DNA of 64,000 nucleotides from Hyphochytrium catenoides. Taxonomy: Eukaryota; Protista; Hyphochytriomycota. The stretch spans positions 84,539 to 148,538 of the forward strand of contig FLMG01003436.1 in NCBI GenBank assembly GCA_900088475.1, read 5' to 3'. This document shows positions 28,331 to 41,600 of the stretch, in pieces. The notes beneath the pieces were generated by a model, which saw only the letters and a list, made by a program, of their open reading frames with translations, did not search any database and was not told where the DNA came from. Position numbers and translations under genes: made by a program. Each line of letters starts with the position of its first letter. The stretch's first letter is position 1.

Positions 28331-29448
28331 GGTTGTCTTCTAGCACGAGAGGGTCTTTCTGCCCTGCCGCTGTGTCGAATGCTCTGCCAAGCCTCCACAG
28401 CGTCTCTCGTCCACCTGAGCGCTACCTCCGTTCTTCTCTTGTCTCTAGCTCCCAGACACCACCGAGCTCAGGATAGGAAACTGTTCTTCTAGGTGCATGG
28501 ACGCTGCTCTGTCTTAACGCAGCCAGGAGAGGAAAGATGGTTGAGAGAAGGACAAGAGTCAGGTGCTCAAGGAAGAGAGAAGATAGCAGCGGCCAGATCT
28601 GACGATGGAAGACGAAGAGATGCAGAGCTTACGAAGAGAAGCAGAGCTTTCTGTCCTTTCGGCAGACTAGCTCTGGAGATTAAGCAATATTTATCATTAC
28701 GAATCTAATGAGGCTAAATCTCCCTACATCCGGAATGCCATGACTGCTATTCCGGAGCAGAGCTATTGTTATCATTATTCGATTATCAACTCAAAAGATT
28801 GCTTGATAGCTCTAACTCAGCTCAGCTACCAAACGGTAACGGATATTCATGTACGAATCTCTGCTTGGAGAAGTGACAAAACGCAATGAAGCTTCAGAAT
28901 CCAAGAAGCTGACAGATGGTCTGCAGACAACTAGGACCCATAAAAAAGCGGTAGCTGAGGCCGCTAGCCAACGCTGGAGATGGATGAAAACGATAACCGT
29001 CGAAGGATAGGATGATGAGCTGAAAAAACAGAGCGGCCCAAGATCCTCGTAGCGAAGGACCACAGGAAAGGGTCTTTCCCCGAGAGACCGAAGAAGAAGG
29101 CGTGAAGTGAAAGAATAGTGTAGGAGCACAACAAGGTGGGGATGGTGACCGCAAAAAGGAGCACGTCGTTGCGGCTAGAGTTGTTGCTCAGGAGACATCT
29201 ACGCAGTCTTCTCAGCTTTATTGCGCACATCGATAGAACTATACAGGTAAGGAGGACGAATAAGCAGTGTGGGGCTAAGAGTGCGCAAAATAGGCTCAAT
29301 CAGACCCGCAGAACAGTAGCAACTTAGCCAAGGTTAAGGCCAAAGCGAGGAGCAGATAGGTGTAGTCCAGCAACGAGAAGGAAATCGAATTGGGTTCACC
29401 TCATCACAGCTAACTATCTCACTTATGGGTATGCCAGCTCGTAGGCCC

Positions 29449-31975
29449 AAGAACGGCGAGTACAAGTGGTAGTAGGGTGGGCAGCGATCTGGCTACTCTG
29501 GTACAAAGTGTACGTCATGAGTGGCAGGAGCTGCAAAATGAGGTGGGCTTCTAGACCTCTCTTTCTATAAGTTAGGTTTTGCTCTTCTGTCTCCATAAGG
29601 CAAACGCCTTTACGCAAGCTGCTTCTCCTGGCTTTGTTCGCCGCCCGGGAACTTCGCAACATAAGCTTAACGTTTATACAGAACACCAAGTGCAAGGAGG
29701 GGTTCCGTGGCTTTGAGGCTAGTCAGGTAAGGCCCATTCTTTTGCTCTCCCTCCTCTCGCCCTATGGTAGACCGAGTTCTTTTTGAGACAGGACTTTAGC
29801 TAAAAATTTGCCCCTGGCATGTAGGCCGAGACCCCACCAAGTTATGCCGAGTGTGATGAGGCCGATGAGTCCTTTCTTCACCTCTCGGCAATGGAGGAAA
29901 CAAGAGCTAGGCTGGCCGAGCTTCACCAACAAATCTCTAATGAATTCATGGTAACAGACGATGCCTTCTTTAGAGTGAAAGATGCAGCATAAAGACAACG
30001 GGGGCGGCCGGAATGGTGCAGATTTAGCTGGACTGTCGTGAATGCCTTCTTCAACTAGCTTCTCTTTAATAGGCTAATGTCTAGTGCTATCGTGCACTAA
30101 AATACTCTATCCTTAGGCTTGCCAGCAAGCGGTGGACGAACTGAAGCACCTCGTGCTTTCACGTGAGATATACTCCATTTCGTTTCACTTATTCTACTCT
30201 GCGGGTGTGCAGTTCTTCTGACTATCTCCAATACCTCTGTTGGTCTCGTTGCAGGGAGTCCGTCTGAAGGTTACCAAGGCGACGTTTTAGATGCACTTGG
30301 AATGGCGGCAGGAGGAACCGATTCTTGGGGGGGAAAGATGGACACTAGAGGCGGCGCACCTGAAGAAGTAGAGACCCAGGAGGCTGTCCCGGATCTCATC
30401 TCAGACGATCCAATGTTTTTGGAGCTTGTAATGAAGCTTGACAGATCAGGAAGAGGTATGAATGTGAGCCGCCACAATTCACATAGAGAGAGAAAGAGCC
30501 AAAGCCAGATAGATCCACCCCTCAAGGGACGATGCCATCCTCACACTTATTCTAGGTGACTTAGATGAGAAGCACCTCAGAGCAAAAGAGCTAGACGACC
30601 TCAAGCGGCTACAAACTTTCCGAGAATTAAGACGAGATAACCTCATCTTCTCCGGTAAGGTCTCCCTAAGCTGCCTCTCTACCATTTAGCTTCTCTTATG
30701 TTCTCTCACTGCCTGATATTGCCATGACGATCCGCTAGAGTAGCGATTGTTCGCCTCAAGCGTTACTGCGCCGAGAGACGATAGCTGATGTTTAAAAAAT
30801 ATCCTTTCGCTCATTGTACGAGGCCATATTATTCATTCCGCTCATTTAGGTCTATTCCTAAGCACCTCCACTGCTTTTTAAGCTCCGGTATCTTTCCTTG
30901 CCCTGACCTCCCTCCTCTTATAACGAAAGGAACGAAGCACCAGTCGATAGTAGATGAGAAGCTCCTCCAGAGGAGTAAAGTCCAGCAGGCTGGAGAAATA
31001 GTGCCGCCTAAAAAAAGAGATGAAGTCAAGCAGGAGGAGAAAGAAGAGGAAGCCACTAAGGAGAACCAAAAAGATACCAAGAGGAAAGAGAAGAAAGAAG
31101 AACGCATGCGGAAGCAGGAAGAAAAGAAGAAGAAACGGGAAGAAAAACTTCTCCGCCGATGGACCGATGCCCAGAAGACCTATATGGACCAAATAGAAGG
31201 AGAAGCGAACAGAGAGCCAGGGTCCGGCAATGATACCAAGGTGTCGAGCCTTGACTATGGCTCTCAGATCCCAGGACGCGTTCCGGATCGCGCTGAGCTG
31301 GAGTATTGGGCGACACTTCATGCCGACAGCCTGACAGATACCGAAGACGACGCATCTGAATCTGAGGAGGAAGAAGATTTAGATGACGACGATGCTGAGA
31401 CTGGCGGTGGAGCTCACAACATTAGTCATGCCGTAAGAAGTGACGTTGCAAAAGCTGTCGCTCTCTCTTTTCCGTTTCTCACTCAGGCTAACTATCTCCT
31501 ATTCTTTAGCCAGGAGATGCAGAAAAGCATCTAGTACAACGAAAAGCTTTGCAGAAAAAAATGGTTGAATTTCTCCTTGATGAAAGATTAATGCCTATCA
31601 AGCTAGGTATGATGCGTGGGGTTTAGCGGATGAGATTATGACCATGAGCTAGTTGTACACTGAACAATCTTTCCCTTGGCACTTCTGTTCACTTTTCCCT
31701 TTCTACGTCTTTTAGCCTCGCCAATGTCTCTCACCACTTGCATTGCTGGCCGCCCTCTCCGCACCCATATGCCTTCATTCTTAGGCAAAAGCGATCCAGC
31801 AACCCTATCTGAAAATGCGAAGAAGAAGCTCCGGCGCCAGGGCGTGAAGGAGTTTGCCAAGGCCGCTGCTTCGCGAAAGANNNNNNNNNNNNNNNNNNNN
31901 NNNNNNNNNNNNNNNNNNNNNNNNNNNNNNNNNNNNNNNNNNNNNNNAGCTCAGAAGGAGCCTCCCAGGGGATGA
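29449..31975 (+). CDS. Uncharacterised multi-exon protein with Lys/Glu-rich and acidic tracts; ends uncertain, spans an N-gap
   Basis: Splice-bounded coding exons QTPLRKLLLLALFAARELRN..., DLDEKHLRAKELDDLKRLQTFRELRR, the long ORF 30788-31534 (EEKKKKREEK, ESEEEEDLDDDD) and AKKKLRRQGVKEFAK. Confidence 0.5.
31881..31947. other. Assembly gap (N run)
   Basis: Run of n characters. Confidence 0.99.
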
Positions 31976-32632
31976 AAAGCCGCACCTTAAGGTGAGAGGG
32001 AGTAATGATATGAGGAGGGTTGAATAAGGGAGGAAAGCATGAACAGCATACGTGATGGTGTGGACCAGCTTGATTAGTGCTGTAGACGAAAGAAACGTTG
32101 GTGCACTGACTTGAGGTCCAGAGTCTTTATCCTGCAGATGTGGATGCCTTCTGCATATATCATCATGTTGTTGACATCCATCCACCTGAAGGGAGACTAG
32201 GGCCTAAGGTGAGAATGCAAAGGCTCCTTTATCTCGCTTCATCTACTGATGTTGAATTTCTACAGGGGAGGGTGGAACGCAACCGTAGGTGTAATAACCA
32301 TTTCGATATTCGCCAGTCCGTTCTGGCAAGTAAGCCCACAACAGCAAAATGAGGACAATGCGTCGCTGCGCTGGCTTAAAAAGCCAAGTACGTGTTGCCT
32401 GAGTGTACACATTGCAGCAAGCGGATGAGGGTAGGTGAGAGCTTACATGGGTGGAAAGAGAGACCAGTTATGTACCACAATTGAGGGCGTCTGAAGCCGC
32501 AGAGAGAAAGCACGAAGCCATCACAATCTTTTGCGGAGTTGCACGGCAACAGCCGTTCATAAATAGATATTTATTCTTATAATTCTTATAAAAATAACAA
32601 AAACCTTTCACGTAAGAAGTGGCAGTGGCACT

Positions 32633-34770
32633 CTACCATGAGTGCTCCCGGTAGTCCTTCTCTATCCTTTCTAGCAGTGTTGTGTGCATCGCATCCACTG
32701 TCTCGTCAAAAGAGTGAATATTATTCTCCACCACCACACCCTCTCCAGCACTAGCAGCTGAACAGAGATAGCGCTGAATAGTTTCAAAGTTCTCCAAAAG
32801 AGTCTTCGCCCTGCTAGACTACAGGTGGAAAAGAGTGGAATCGAAAAGAACGATAGTTAGATATCAACGCGTTGTCGGCTCAGAAAGCAACATAAGAATA
32901 TCAACCCTCAGCTTTGAAGGGTCAAGGCATACCAAGACAGATGATGCATGCGTAATGCGTGTAGGTGACGAACCACTAAGCTGCCCTAGAAATTCCATCA
33001 AAATATTTACCGATTGGAAGCTGAACCCGTCAATGTATCTAAAGTTAGCTTGGAGGAAGTACTCGTGATCCGCTCTATTAAGAGTCATAACGAAAGGCAT
33101 CATAATGCCATGCTTCTTGTCTTTATCATCGTCCTTTCGTGAGCCCCAGCCTTCAGCATCTGTCATATACAAAGAAGGATCGACGTGCAATCCTTCGATG
33201 ACAATAGGCTTGCCTTCTTTCAATGCCTTCGAAATGTCGGCTTTGACACCTTCAAACATGGTAAAACCACTTCCTTAGAGTAATGACCACAATGCAGATG
33301 ATCTCTTCATTGTACGGTACCTTCCCTCACCAACCCGCATTCCTTCTTATAGACTGCAAGTAGTTGGTCCTGAGACTCATATTCCTGGCTCCAGAACTCA
33401 CCATCTGCAGAGCTGGGCCACACACAAATGAGGTAAAAAAATAAGCCAAGTTAGATTTTCAAAGAGATAGAGGCTTTCATAACCCAGCGGCAGTCACAGG
33501 AAAGATAGCGACTTACATAGAGCCAGTGGGCGTGCCGCATACCAAGAAGTAGAGAAGAGGCAAGAGTGAAAGCAGCTCTACAAGCATTCTTCTTTGTGGC
33601 ATAGTCCAAGGAAAATGGCAGTTTGCGTACCTTCCCGATGGCCTCATGAGCTCGTGTACTATATCGGTTTGGAACACATTGGGTATGTTCATCCTCTCAG
33701 CGAGCTGTGGGGATGAACGTTAGGCTCCTCAACCGATAAGTCGAGCCCTGATCGCTGGTGATACCTTGGCGGCCACAGATGACTTTCCAATGCAAACTGT
33801 ACCGGCGATGAGGATAACGAGGGATATCCGCTTCTGATAGAATCTGATCAAACAAAGAAGCAGTAAGTGAGCCTAGGAAGCACATCAAGAGACAGCATTC
33901 TCAGGGCAGTGCCCCGTGGTGGCTTTGTCCAGACTCGCTTTAGATTACTCTAAGCTATCTTCTTAGCTCTCCTTCTATCGTTCTATCTCCTCGCCCGTGC
34001 CCATTGTCCCTTGCCACACATTCATTTTTCTTTCGTTGCGTTAAGCAGGATTCACCACCGATTCCAGTCAAGGTAGGGGCGAAGCGGAGACAAGAAAGGG
34101 GATGTCCAGGAAAAAGGAAAGCCCAACGGGATCTTACCGATTCATCATTCTAAAGCGCAGGACGTGGTCGTAACCATAGCCGTGTATGGTCATCGTCTTG
34201 TACAAATACTCCTCAAACTGGCTGTGAGTGATGTCTACCNNNNNNNNNNNNNNNNNNNNNNNNNNNNNNNNNNNNNNNNNNNNNNNNNNNNNNNNNNNAA
34301 AAGGGTCTCCATAAGTGAGAAGCGGACGCTCTAAGGATAGCACAGAGTGGGGTGGGAGTGAACCACTTCGTCACCTTTTTCAGGTCTAGCGAGATCTTGA
34401 TAGCGTCTCGTTCCTTGATCTACACAGGAAAGAAGTGAGATTCGCCGGAAGCGGGAAGGCAAAGCTTCGTCAGAGTAATAAGAGAGCTGTAACCACTAAG
34501 CAAAGAATAGACCTTGGTTCCTATCAGCGACCGGCAGACGAGGTACCGGGATAACACATAGAAGTGGTCCTCAAGCCAGACGCGAACCTTCACGAAGTCG
34601 TACTTCGAGGCGCCACTTTGATTAGAGATCACACCGATTGATGGGTTGAAGACCGGAGATCTATCCTCTGAGTCTCTGGAAGGGCTATTGTTAGAGTCTC
34701 CTTGTTCTAGCAAGGGCGGCAGAGCTGACGGGTGGCTTTTGATGTCATCATCTTCACACACGGAGGCCAT
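32633..34770 (-). CDS. P-loop NTPase, 2-phosphoglycerate-kinase-related / LPA1 (low phytic acid 1)-like
   Basis: SKYDFVKVRVWLEDHFYVLSRYLVCRSL, IKISLDLKK, Walker A VILIAGTVCIGKS, LAERMNIPNVFQTD and ALKEGKPIVIEGLHVDP are characteristic of LPA1 homologues. Stop TAG at 32633. Confidence 0.87.
34240..34298. other. Assembly gap (N run)
   Basis: Run of n characters. Confidence 0.99.
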
Positions 34771-35422
34771 GGTTCGGATATCTCTGCTCTCTTGTTGTGC
34801 CTAGTGCTTGCGTCTACGTCTCTTAGCCTCCCTGCGCAGAGAAAGCTGGCAACGCCCCTCTCGCCTTTAGGAAATGAGAGCCATCTGGTTGTTGAGGCTA
34901 CTCATCGCCTCTGGCACGAGCTCTAAGCTCTGACCTCTGTCTATCGAATAGAGCTGCTGATCTGTTCAGTCGTTGTGTCCGACAGTCAATCGGTCAGAGA
35001 GAAACGAAGCTTCTCACTCTAATCAGCCTAAATCATGAATAGGACTGCCTTTGTCTATGATATCCGGCGATTTCAAGTATTAGAGGCTGAATAATGATGA
35101 TTCTGATGAACAGTTTTTTTGGGCTTTCGGCTTGTTATGGAAAGGGATGAGGATTGAGAGCTGATGACAGAGGCAACACCGACGTCGGACCAGCGCCAGC
35201 TACAGGCGCTTTGTTGGGACCGCTGTCCTGCACAGAGAACCTTCTGCTGCCCTCCATCCGCAGACTGTCAAGGGCCGAGGTATAGGACATGTCAAGTCGT
35301 GGATGCCAGGCGTGACAAAGAAGAATTTGCTTGGAGAACACTCCAGGGTTGGGAGGACAGAGGGGATTGAATATTCATCATCGTGGCGGGAGATGCAGCG
35401 GCTTCCCCTTTACTAAGTTTCA

Positions 35423-38075
35423 ATGCGTGTGCTACGCGGGCTGCGACTACTAGTTCTAGGCTATGTGCTGACTCTAAAGAGTGCATTATCCCTAAAGATC
35501 CCGTCCTTCGGACCAGAGGGATCGTGGCTCCTCCTTGTCGGCGATGTTGGAACCTCCCACGCTAGAATCCTCTATGAGGATCTCGCTTCTTACGGAGTAG
35601 AAAGGCAAAGGCAGGAAAAAGTTGTGGTTGAAGTTTACCGTAGCCGACCTCGCGACTCTATCGACGCGACTGCGGCAGCGGTTGATCGCAAAGAAGAGCC
35701 TGAAGAAGAACAAGAGACTCCAGTCCAGACGCTGACAGTCCCGAATACCATCTCTGCACCAAAGGTCATCAAGCTCAAGGGACTAGAGCCTTATACACGC
35801 TACAGAGTTCGCTTTATCCATCCAAGTACACAGAATGACTCTTCTGTGGGCCTTCATTCCTGGGATCTTGTGAGCTTCAGGACGTTACCTGCGACGAACG
35901 GAGAATGGCCACTGGTAAAGGTGCTAGCCCTCTCCTGCGACCGCTTCACTCAGGATGGTGATGACTCCTTCTGGGAGGTCCTGCTGAGTAGGGAAAAGGA
36001 TAGGTACGGTCTTCTGTGCCTCCCCGAAATTTATCCACCGGAGGAGCGACAAGGCCGTAAGGAGGTCGACCCTTTACTTGTCACAAATTGGGCAAACCCT
36101 CCTCCCTTAAATGACTAGCTGCCTTCAGCGTTGCCCAACACCGTGTTGTTCGATGATACCCATAGCTGGTCCTTCTATACGTTAATCTCTATGTGGTCTC
36201 AAGTCAGCTTGCTCGCCGTGTTACTCTTCCCACTCTTGCACTCCGACTTCTAGTCTCTACCTCTTTTTGACTTCCCCTGGTCTTACTTTAATCTCCCTAT
36301 TGCTATCGCCTCCCTTCTGTCCAAAGGCTCGGTGCTCTCTTTCTAGGCGATGTGATCTATGCTGATGATATCAACTCACGAGATGCTTTGGGCCAGCTGA
36401 AAAGCGTGGATGTACTCCATGAGGAGTTCCGTAAGCTGTATCGCTACGCCCTTGGGAGGCCAGTCATGCAAGAGTTTCTAAGAGAGGTATATATGGGCGG
36501 TGAAATGTCGTGCAATTAGAGATAGAAAGAGGGAGAGAGAAGGATAAAGATGAGAGAGACCTCATAATAGAATCCAGCGAGAGTAACAGGTATCGAGGTT
36601 GGAGCTTGCAAAGCTGGGAAAGGGAGAAGGACAGCATAGTTAGCTTCAGTCCACCATGAGAGGAACTATCTCAGTGGTCGTTTTTTGCTCAACACCGTCT
36701 CTGTCCTTCTTTACCCTGGCAGGGCGCCCATTGGATGATACCGGATGACCACGACATCGTCAATAATCTGGACAGCAGCAGATGGCTTGACAAGAACCTG
36801 ACGAACCTTATTGAAGCAGGACGGCGGTGAGAGGCTCGTTGTTTTTCGCGTGGTACTCAGGCCCTCATCGTGCTCAATACCTGGTATCCACGCTGCCCGT
36901 TGTTTACCGTGACATGAACTCACTAGGGCCTATATCGAATATCAGCTCCAGTCTCAGATAGATGTTGCAAAAGACTCGAAGGGAGAAGTGGATTTTATGC
37001 AGAGCCTGCCTCTTCTCTTTCAGAATAGGCAGATAGGGCAAGTGGGCCTTATTATGCTTGACACACGCTTTCAACGAACCTTCAACTTTGAATCCCAAGC
37101 GCCTCTACTTGGAACGCGGCAATATCAGGAACTGGAGCGGGTTCTGAATGGTTGGATAGAGGAAGAAGGAATACACTCCATCGTCCTCGCCTCCAGTGTG
37201 CCTCTGCTGTTTCACAGTCCTGCAACGGCAATGGTTCCTGCACTAGTGGAGGGAGAGCACTATCCAGGCCATAAGTCTCTCGTCAATGAGACAGTCCGAG
37301 TGCTCGATCTCCTGCTTTCAGTCAAGGAACGCCATCAAAAGGAGATCCTCCTAGTGGCAGGGGACAGCCACCTCTTTGCGGACATACTAGGGTGCAAGAC
37401 AAGCCCACCTTCCGCATCCTTCTCACTCAAAACTGTCATTCAGAGAGCCTTGGGTTGGGCTCTCTCAACCTTGTTAATGACGCCTTCAACAGCACTAGGT
37501 GGGGCCAGGTGCCTGCCATCTCTCATCACAAGTGGAATGACACGAGGATCAACCAGCGTGGGCAGTCCTCATGTCTTCCTCCTTCATTTGGCAACACTGC
37601 GATCATATTGGTTCAGTGGCCTTAACGATGACTGGTCGATGGAGACCAGAAGCTTCTACCTAGGCCGAAATTATGGGTAAGTGTCATGCCGTTTTATGGA
37701 AAGTTGATTGTTCTAATGAGCCTTGCTGACCTCCACCCGCTTCAGGGTTCTGGAGATCCCGCCTAGTGCTAGTAAGGGGTCGAACATAAGATGGAGCGTT
37801 GTCAAGGGTGAGCTTTTGAGTCCAGCGGAGGTGCTATTCGAGGTCAGTAACTCTGGATCAACTTGAGTATCGAAGCTCTTGAGCTAGCTCTTGAGCTAGA
37901 CAGGGGCCTTGAGAGAGAGAGGCTGCAGCTAGAGAGATAAGAAGGGACCGCGCTCTTTGACTAACTCGCCCTACTGTTATAGGCGGTTGGGGAGAACTTG
38001 CCTGCCATCTCCCTGACCTTTCTTCTTCTTTTGCTCACTGCGCGGCTAGCAAAGAGCGCTGCGTCGGGCCGTTGA
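35423..38075 (+). CDS. PhoD-family alkaline phosphatase/phosphodiesterase with signal peptide and C-terminal hydrophobic anchor
   Basis: Hydrophobic N-terminus; LKGLEPYTRYRVRF..SFRTLP (N-terminal FN3-like); LSCD, GDVIYADD, IPDDHDIVNN, MLDTR, LLGTRQYQEL and LVAGDSH motifs; C-terminus ISLTFLLLLLTARL...GR* at 38075. Confidence 0.86.
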
Positions 38076-38680
38076 AGGCGTAGAGTGCCTGCTGGCTCAG
38101 CGTAGAGTGCCGGACTGCAAATGTTGGGGTGAGATGATGGGGGCTTCTGATTCTCTGTCTCAAGGATTGCTTCAAAAATGAAGCATTACTCCATTATTAT
38201 TAGTGAAGCCATACAATACTAGTGTCTCATTATTACCACGCGCACATCCATATCTCCCTTTATCATATCAATCATCACGGCAATCCCCTTCAACCCCTTC
38301 ACATCAATAAGCTCCAGAAATGCGACAATATCCGGATAGTACATGGACTGAATGCACGTCTCCCACATACATTAACACCCTCATAAGACAACAGAGGCCC
38401 TCTTACGGCAATTTGTTACGGAATTGAATAGGGCTGCGAATATTAGAGGTAGCCTTCTTCTGGGGTAGCTCTGTATCCTTCCTGATTCTTATGGTGTCAT
38501 GAGCTGTGTCATGGTGATTCGCCAGTTCTGAGCTTCACTTCCACTTCACCGTCAGTCAAAGATCTGGACCATGCTGCAGATCTGGCAAGCGCGCTGCTGA
38601 CAGTGCCAGAGTAGAGCTAGAGCTATCGCCTAGCCCAGGCGCCAGCCCCGGATTTTGGAGATTGCACTGAGATCTGGAAA

Positions 38681-41600
38681 ATGGGTGCGCGACACCGCCG
38701 TCACTGGAAAGATTTGGCTTATGAAGTGGAGAGAAGGCTGAGACCCAGGTAGGACGTCTCTGAAGGAAGTTATTGCAGCAATCTTGATGGGAACGTTGCT
38801 TGCCATGTTTCTCTCCCATTCTTTTCGTCCCCCGCTCCCGATATGATGTCTATTCAAGCGGGCTGGATATCGTGGCGCCACTCTCCCTCTCGTGGTACAA
38901 TGAGGCAGTCCCCGAACACCTCCACCTGCCCGCCTTCAAAGGCTGTTCAGACCCTTTGATCTTGCTCATCGGCAACTCCAGAGCCATCTGGGATCCCTTT
39001 GTAGAGAACTTGAGACAAGTAATGACACCTTATGCTGTACTCTATGTAACCTTGTAGTTAAGGGCAGAAACTCCAACACCGCCCATAGATCTTTCACTCA
39101 AACCTTCTCGTCAGTGCCTTATCTCTCCCTTCCTTCTTTTTAGGGCTCTCCCTCTCTCTGCCACCCTCGCTGTCTCGCTTCACATCCTCTAATCCTCTCG
39201 CTCTCTTCTCTCTCTCGATCTTGCTTCCTCTTCTCTCTCTCGATCTTTCTTCTTCTTCTTCTCTCTCTCTCACATACACACACACTCTCCCCCGTCTTTT
39301 GGTCTCTATCTACCTATCTAAATATCTATCTGTCTATCTATCTAACTATCTATCTCCTCTCTCTCTTGACTTATCTAGTCTCTCCATGAGGTTCTCAGCC
39401 TTCCCATGGCTCTTGTACATCCTATCCACTTCGCTCCCCAGGTCGTTGTCGCAAAATTTCTAATGTCTCTTTCACTATCAGAATGGGAAGGTGCCAAAGG
39501 ACCCAGTGAACTGCTACGTTCGAGACCAGGTTCTCTCGGCAACGAGGGACCTCCCTCCCTTGAACGCGGAGCAGGAAGAAGATGAAGCCCTGAAAGAGCT
39601 AGAGGTTGGAAGCAGGGGCACCTTTTCCTCTAGTCTCATGTCCCTCTCTTCGCTTGGGGCCTCTCCCTGTCTTCCAATGGCCCTAAGCCTAGTCAACTCC
39701 TCACCTCGGGAGGCCTGGGAGCGCTCCTGCTACTATTCCGTCCAAAAGCCTCTTACTGATGCTCGATTCTTTGCGCTCCTTATGCAGTTATCCTTCTACT
39801 GGTCACAAGATTGTGAACCTGGCAAGCTGATCGCGATACAGAGAATGGCACACATCGCGGGCATCGCCTTCCTCGACGAAGTACTACCCCTACTTTAAAC
39901 TGTCTGCCTGTCTGTTGCTTCAAAAATGCTGTCATTGAAGTTCGTCTCTATTTCCTTACGATTCTCCCTTGTCGTGTCCGCTGACCGTGCTTGGCATTCA
40001 AAACTCCATCATATCGATTGTGGGGCCTAATGTCTTGAGTAGGTAACTCACCTCTGCATCCACCCTGAGTACGGGCCGTGGGTGTCCCTGAGGGCTGCAG
40101 TTGTCATCAATGTTCCTGGACCGCCAGAAAAGCCTCTAGAACCTAGGAATCCAATGGATCAACAGACAGTAGAAAGAATCGCGGAGCTCTCCCGAAAAGC
40201 TATGGCAGCAGGTAAGCTTTCTGATCGCTTTCTATCTCTGTCTTCTGTCTGTCGCTGTTGATGACATTTACAGTCCGCATTAATGTTTCTCTGGTGTCAT
40301 TGACCTGCAATCTGCCTCCAATGCCCTTTGTTTTCCTCCGTGTATTCACCTCAGAGTATAGGCCAGGGCGTATAGACCCGGTGGCACTGAGCGATTCAAT
40401 GAAAGGAATGCTTCAACGCTGGCAGCTATGGATTGCAGCTCGAGTCGGCATCGCTCCAGGTCATCCCGCTATGTATTGCGACAACCAAATTCTCTATCAT
40501 TACTGCAATCATGATGGCAGCACCATTGGTACGTCAACCATATCTTCTACTTTATACCAGATTGCATCCATGCTGGACACATCTACCTTCCGGCGCCGTA
40601 ACGTCGCGTCCGCCTAGCAAAACAATAGATTCCACCTTCTGCATGTGCCGTTATTCGACCTCGAAAATGTCTGGGCTGCAATCGAAGACTGCAGATACTT
40701 GTCCGTCTGGAAGAAGGCCGAACCTGTCTTAAGCATTCCTACGGTCTCCCTATCTGTAGTCACGGTCATCCTGTCCATCTCTTAGGTCTCATATTCACCC
40801 TCCCCTAACCTTAATCTCCATTCTTTTGTGCTGGCTCTCTCCCCAAAGATATCCTTGAAGAGCTGGTAGCAAAGCCTTACCTCCCGCCTACGATATCCTT
40901 GCTGCAACATCCCGGCAAAGAGGTGATCAGGACGAGAGAAACAATGCTCTCCGTACTTAGGCGCTTAGCTAAAAAGGCAGAAGGCAGGAGAACAGCACTG
41001 CTTCTTTCCGGCGGCCTTGATACCTCAATTGTTGCCGAAGCGAAGGAGGATCCTTATGCGGATGGTCCTAGGTAAGCCTTCACCCTCGCCATCTCACTTT
41101 TCCATCGACAAACTTGTCGAGTCTCTGGACGTTTGCGATACCAACTCATTGCAGAAAGCTGCCAAGTAGTAATTGCAGCCGACATCCAATCTCCAAACTT
41201 TCTTATGTGACGAGCAAGTGTCTCAGCTAAAGGAGCTCGGCCATCTCTCGGTCTATTCTCTTACCTCTCTTGCCCCTATTCTGCTACTCCTCTTACCATG
41301 ATAACTGGCAGGATGGTCAACTTTGAAGAGTTTTTCACGGTTCGAGCTCACGTTTCGGGCACAGACGAGCCCTATGCATGCAGAATTGCAGAGAGACTTA
41401 AAACCAAGCATACCGTCATTTCTATCTCTATAGAAGAGCTTATTTCTTCATCACTCCAGCTCCTCATCTCCGCTCTGGTCTCTTTCGATCCTATGGAGCT
41501 GAGGAACAGCCTTGTCGTTGCTAGATCTATGCAAGAGGCAGCATCTAAGGGCTATGAGTGTATATTCACGGGAGATGCGGCGGACGAGCTCTTCGGTGGT

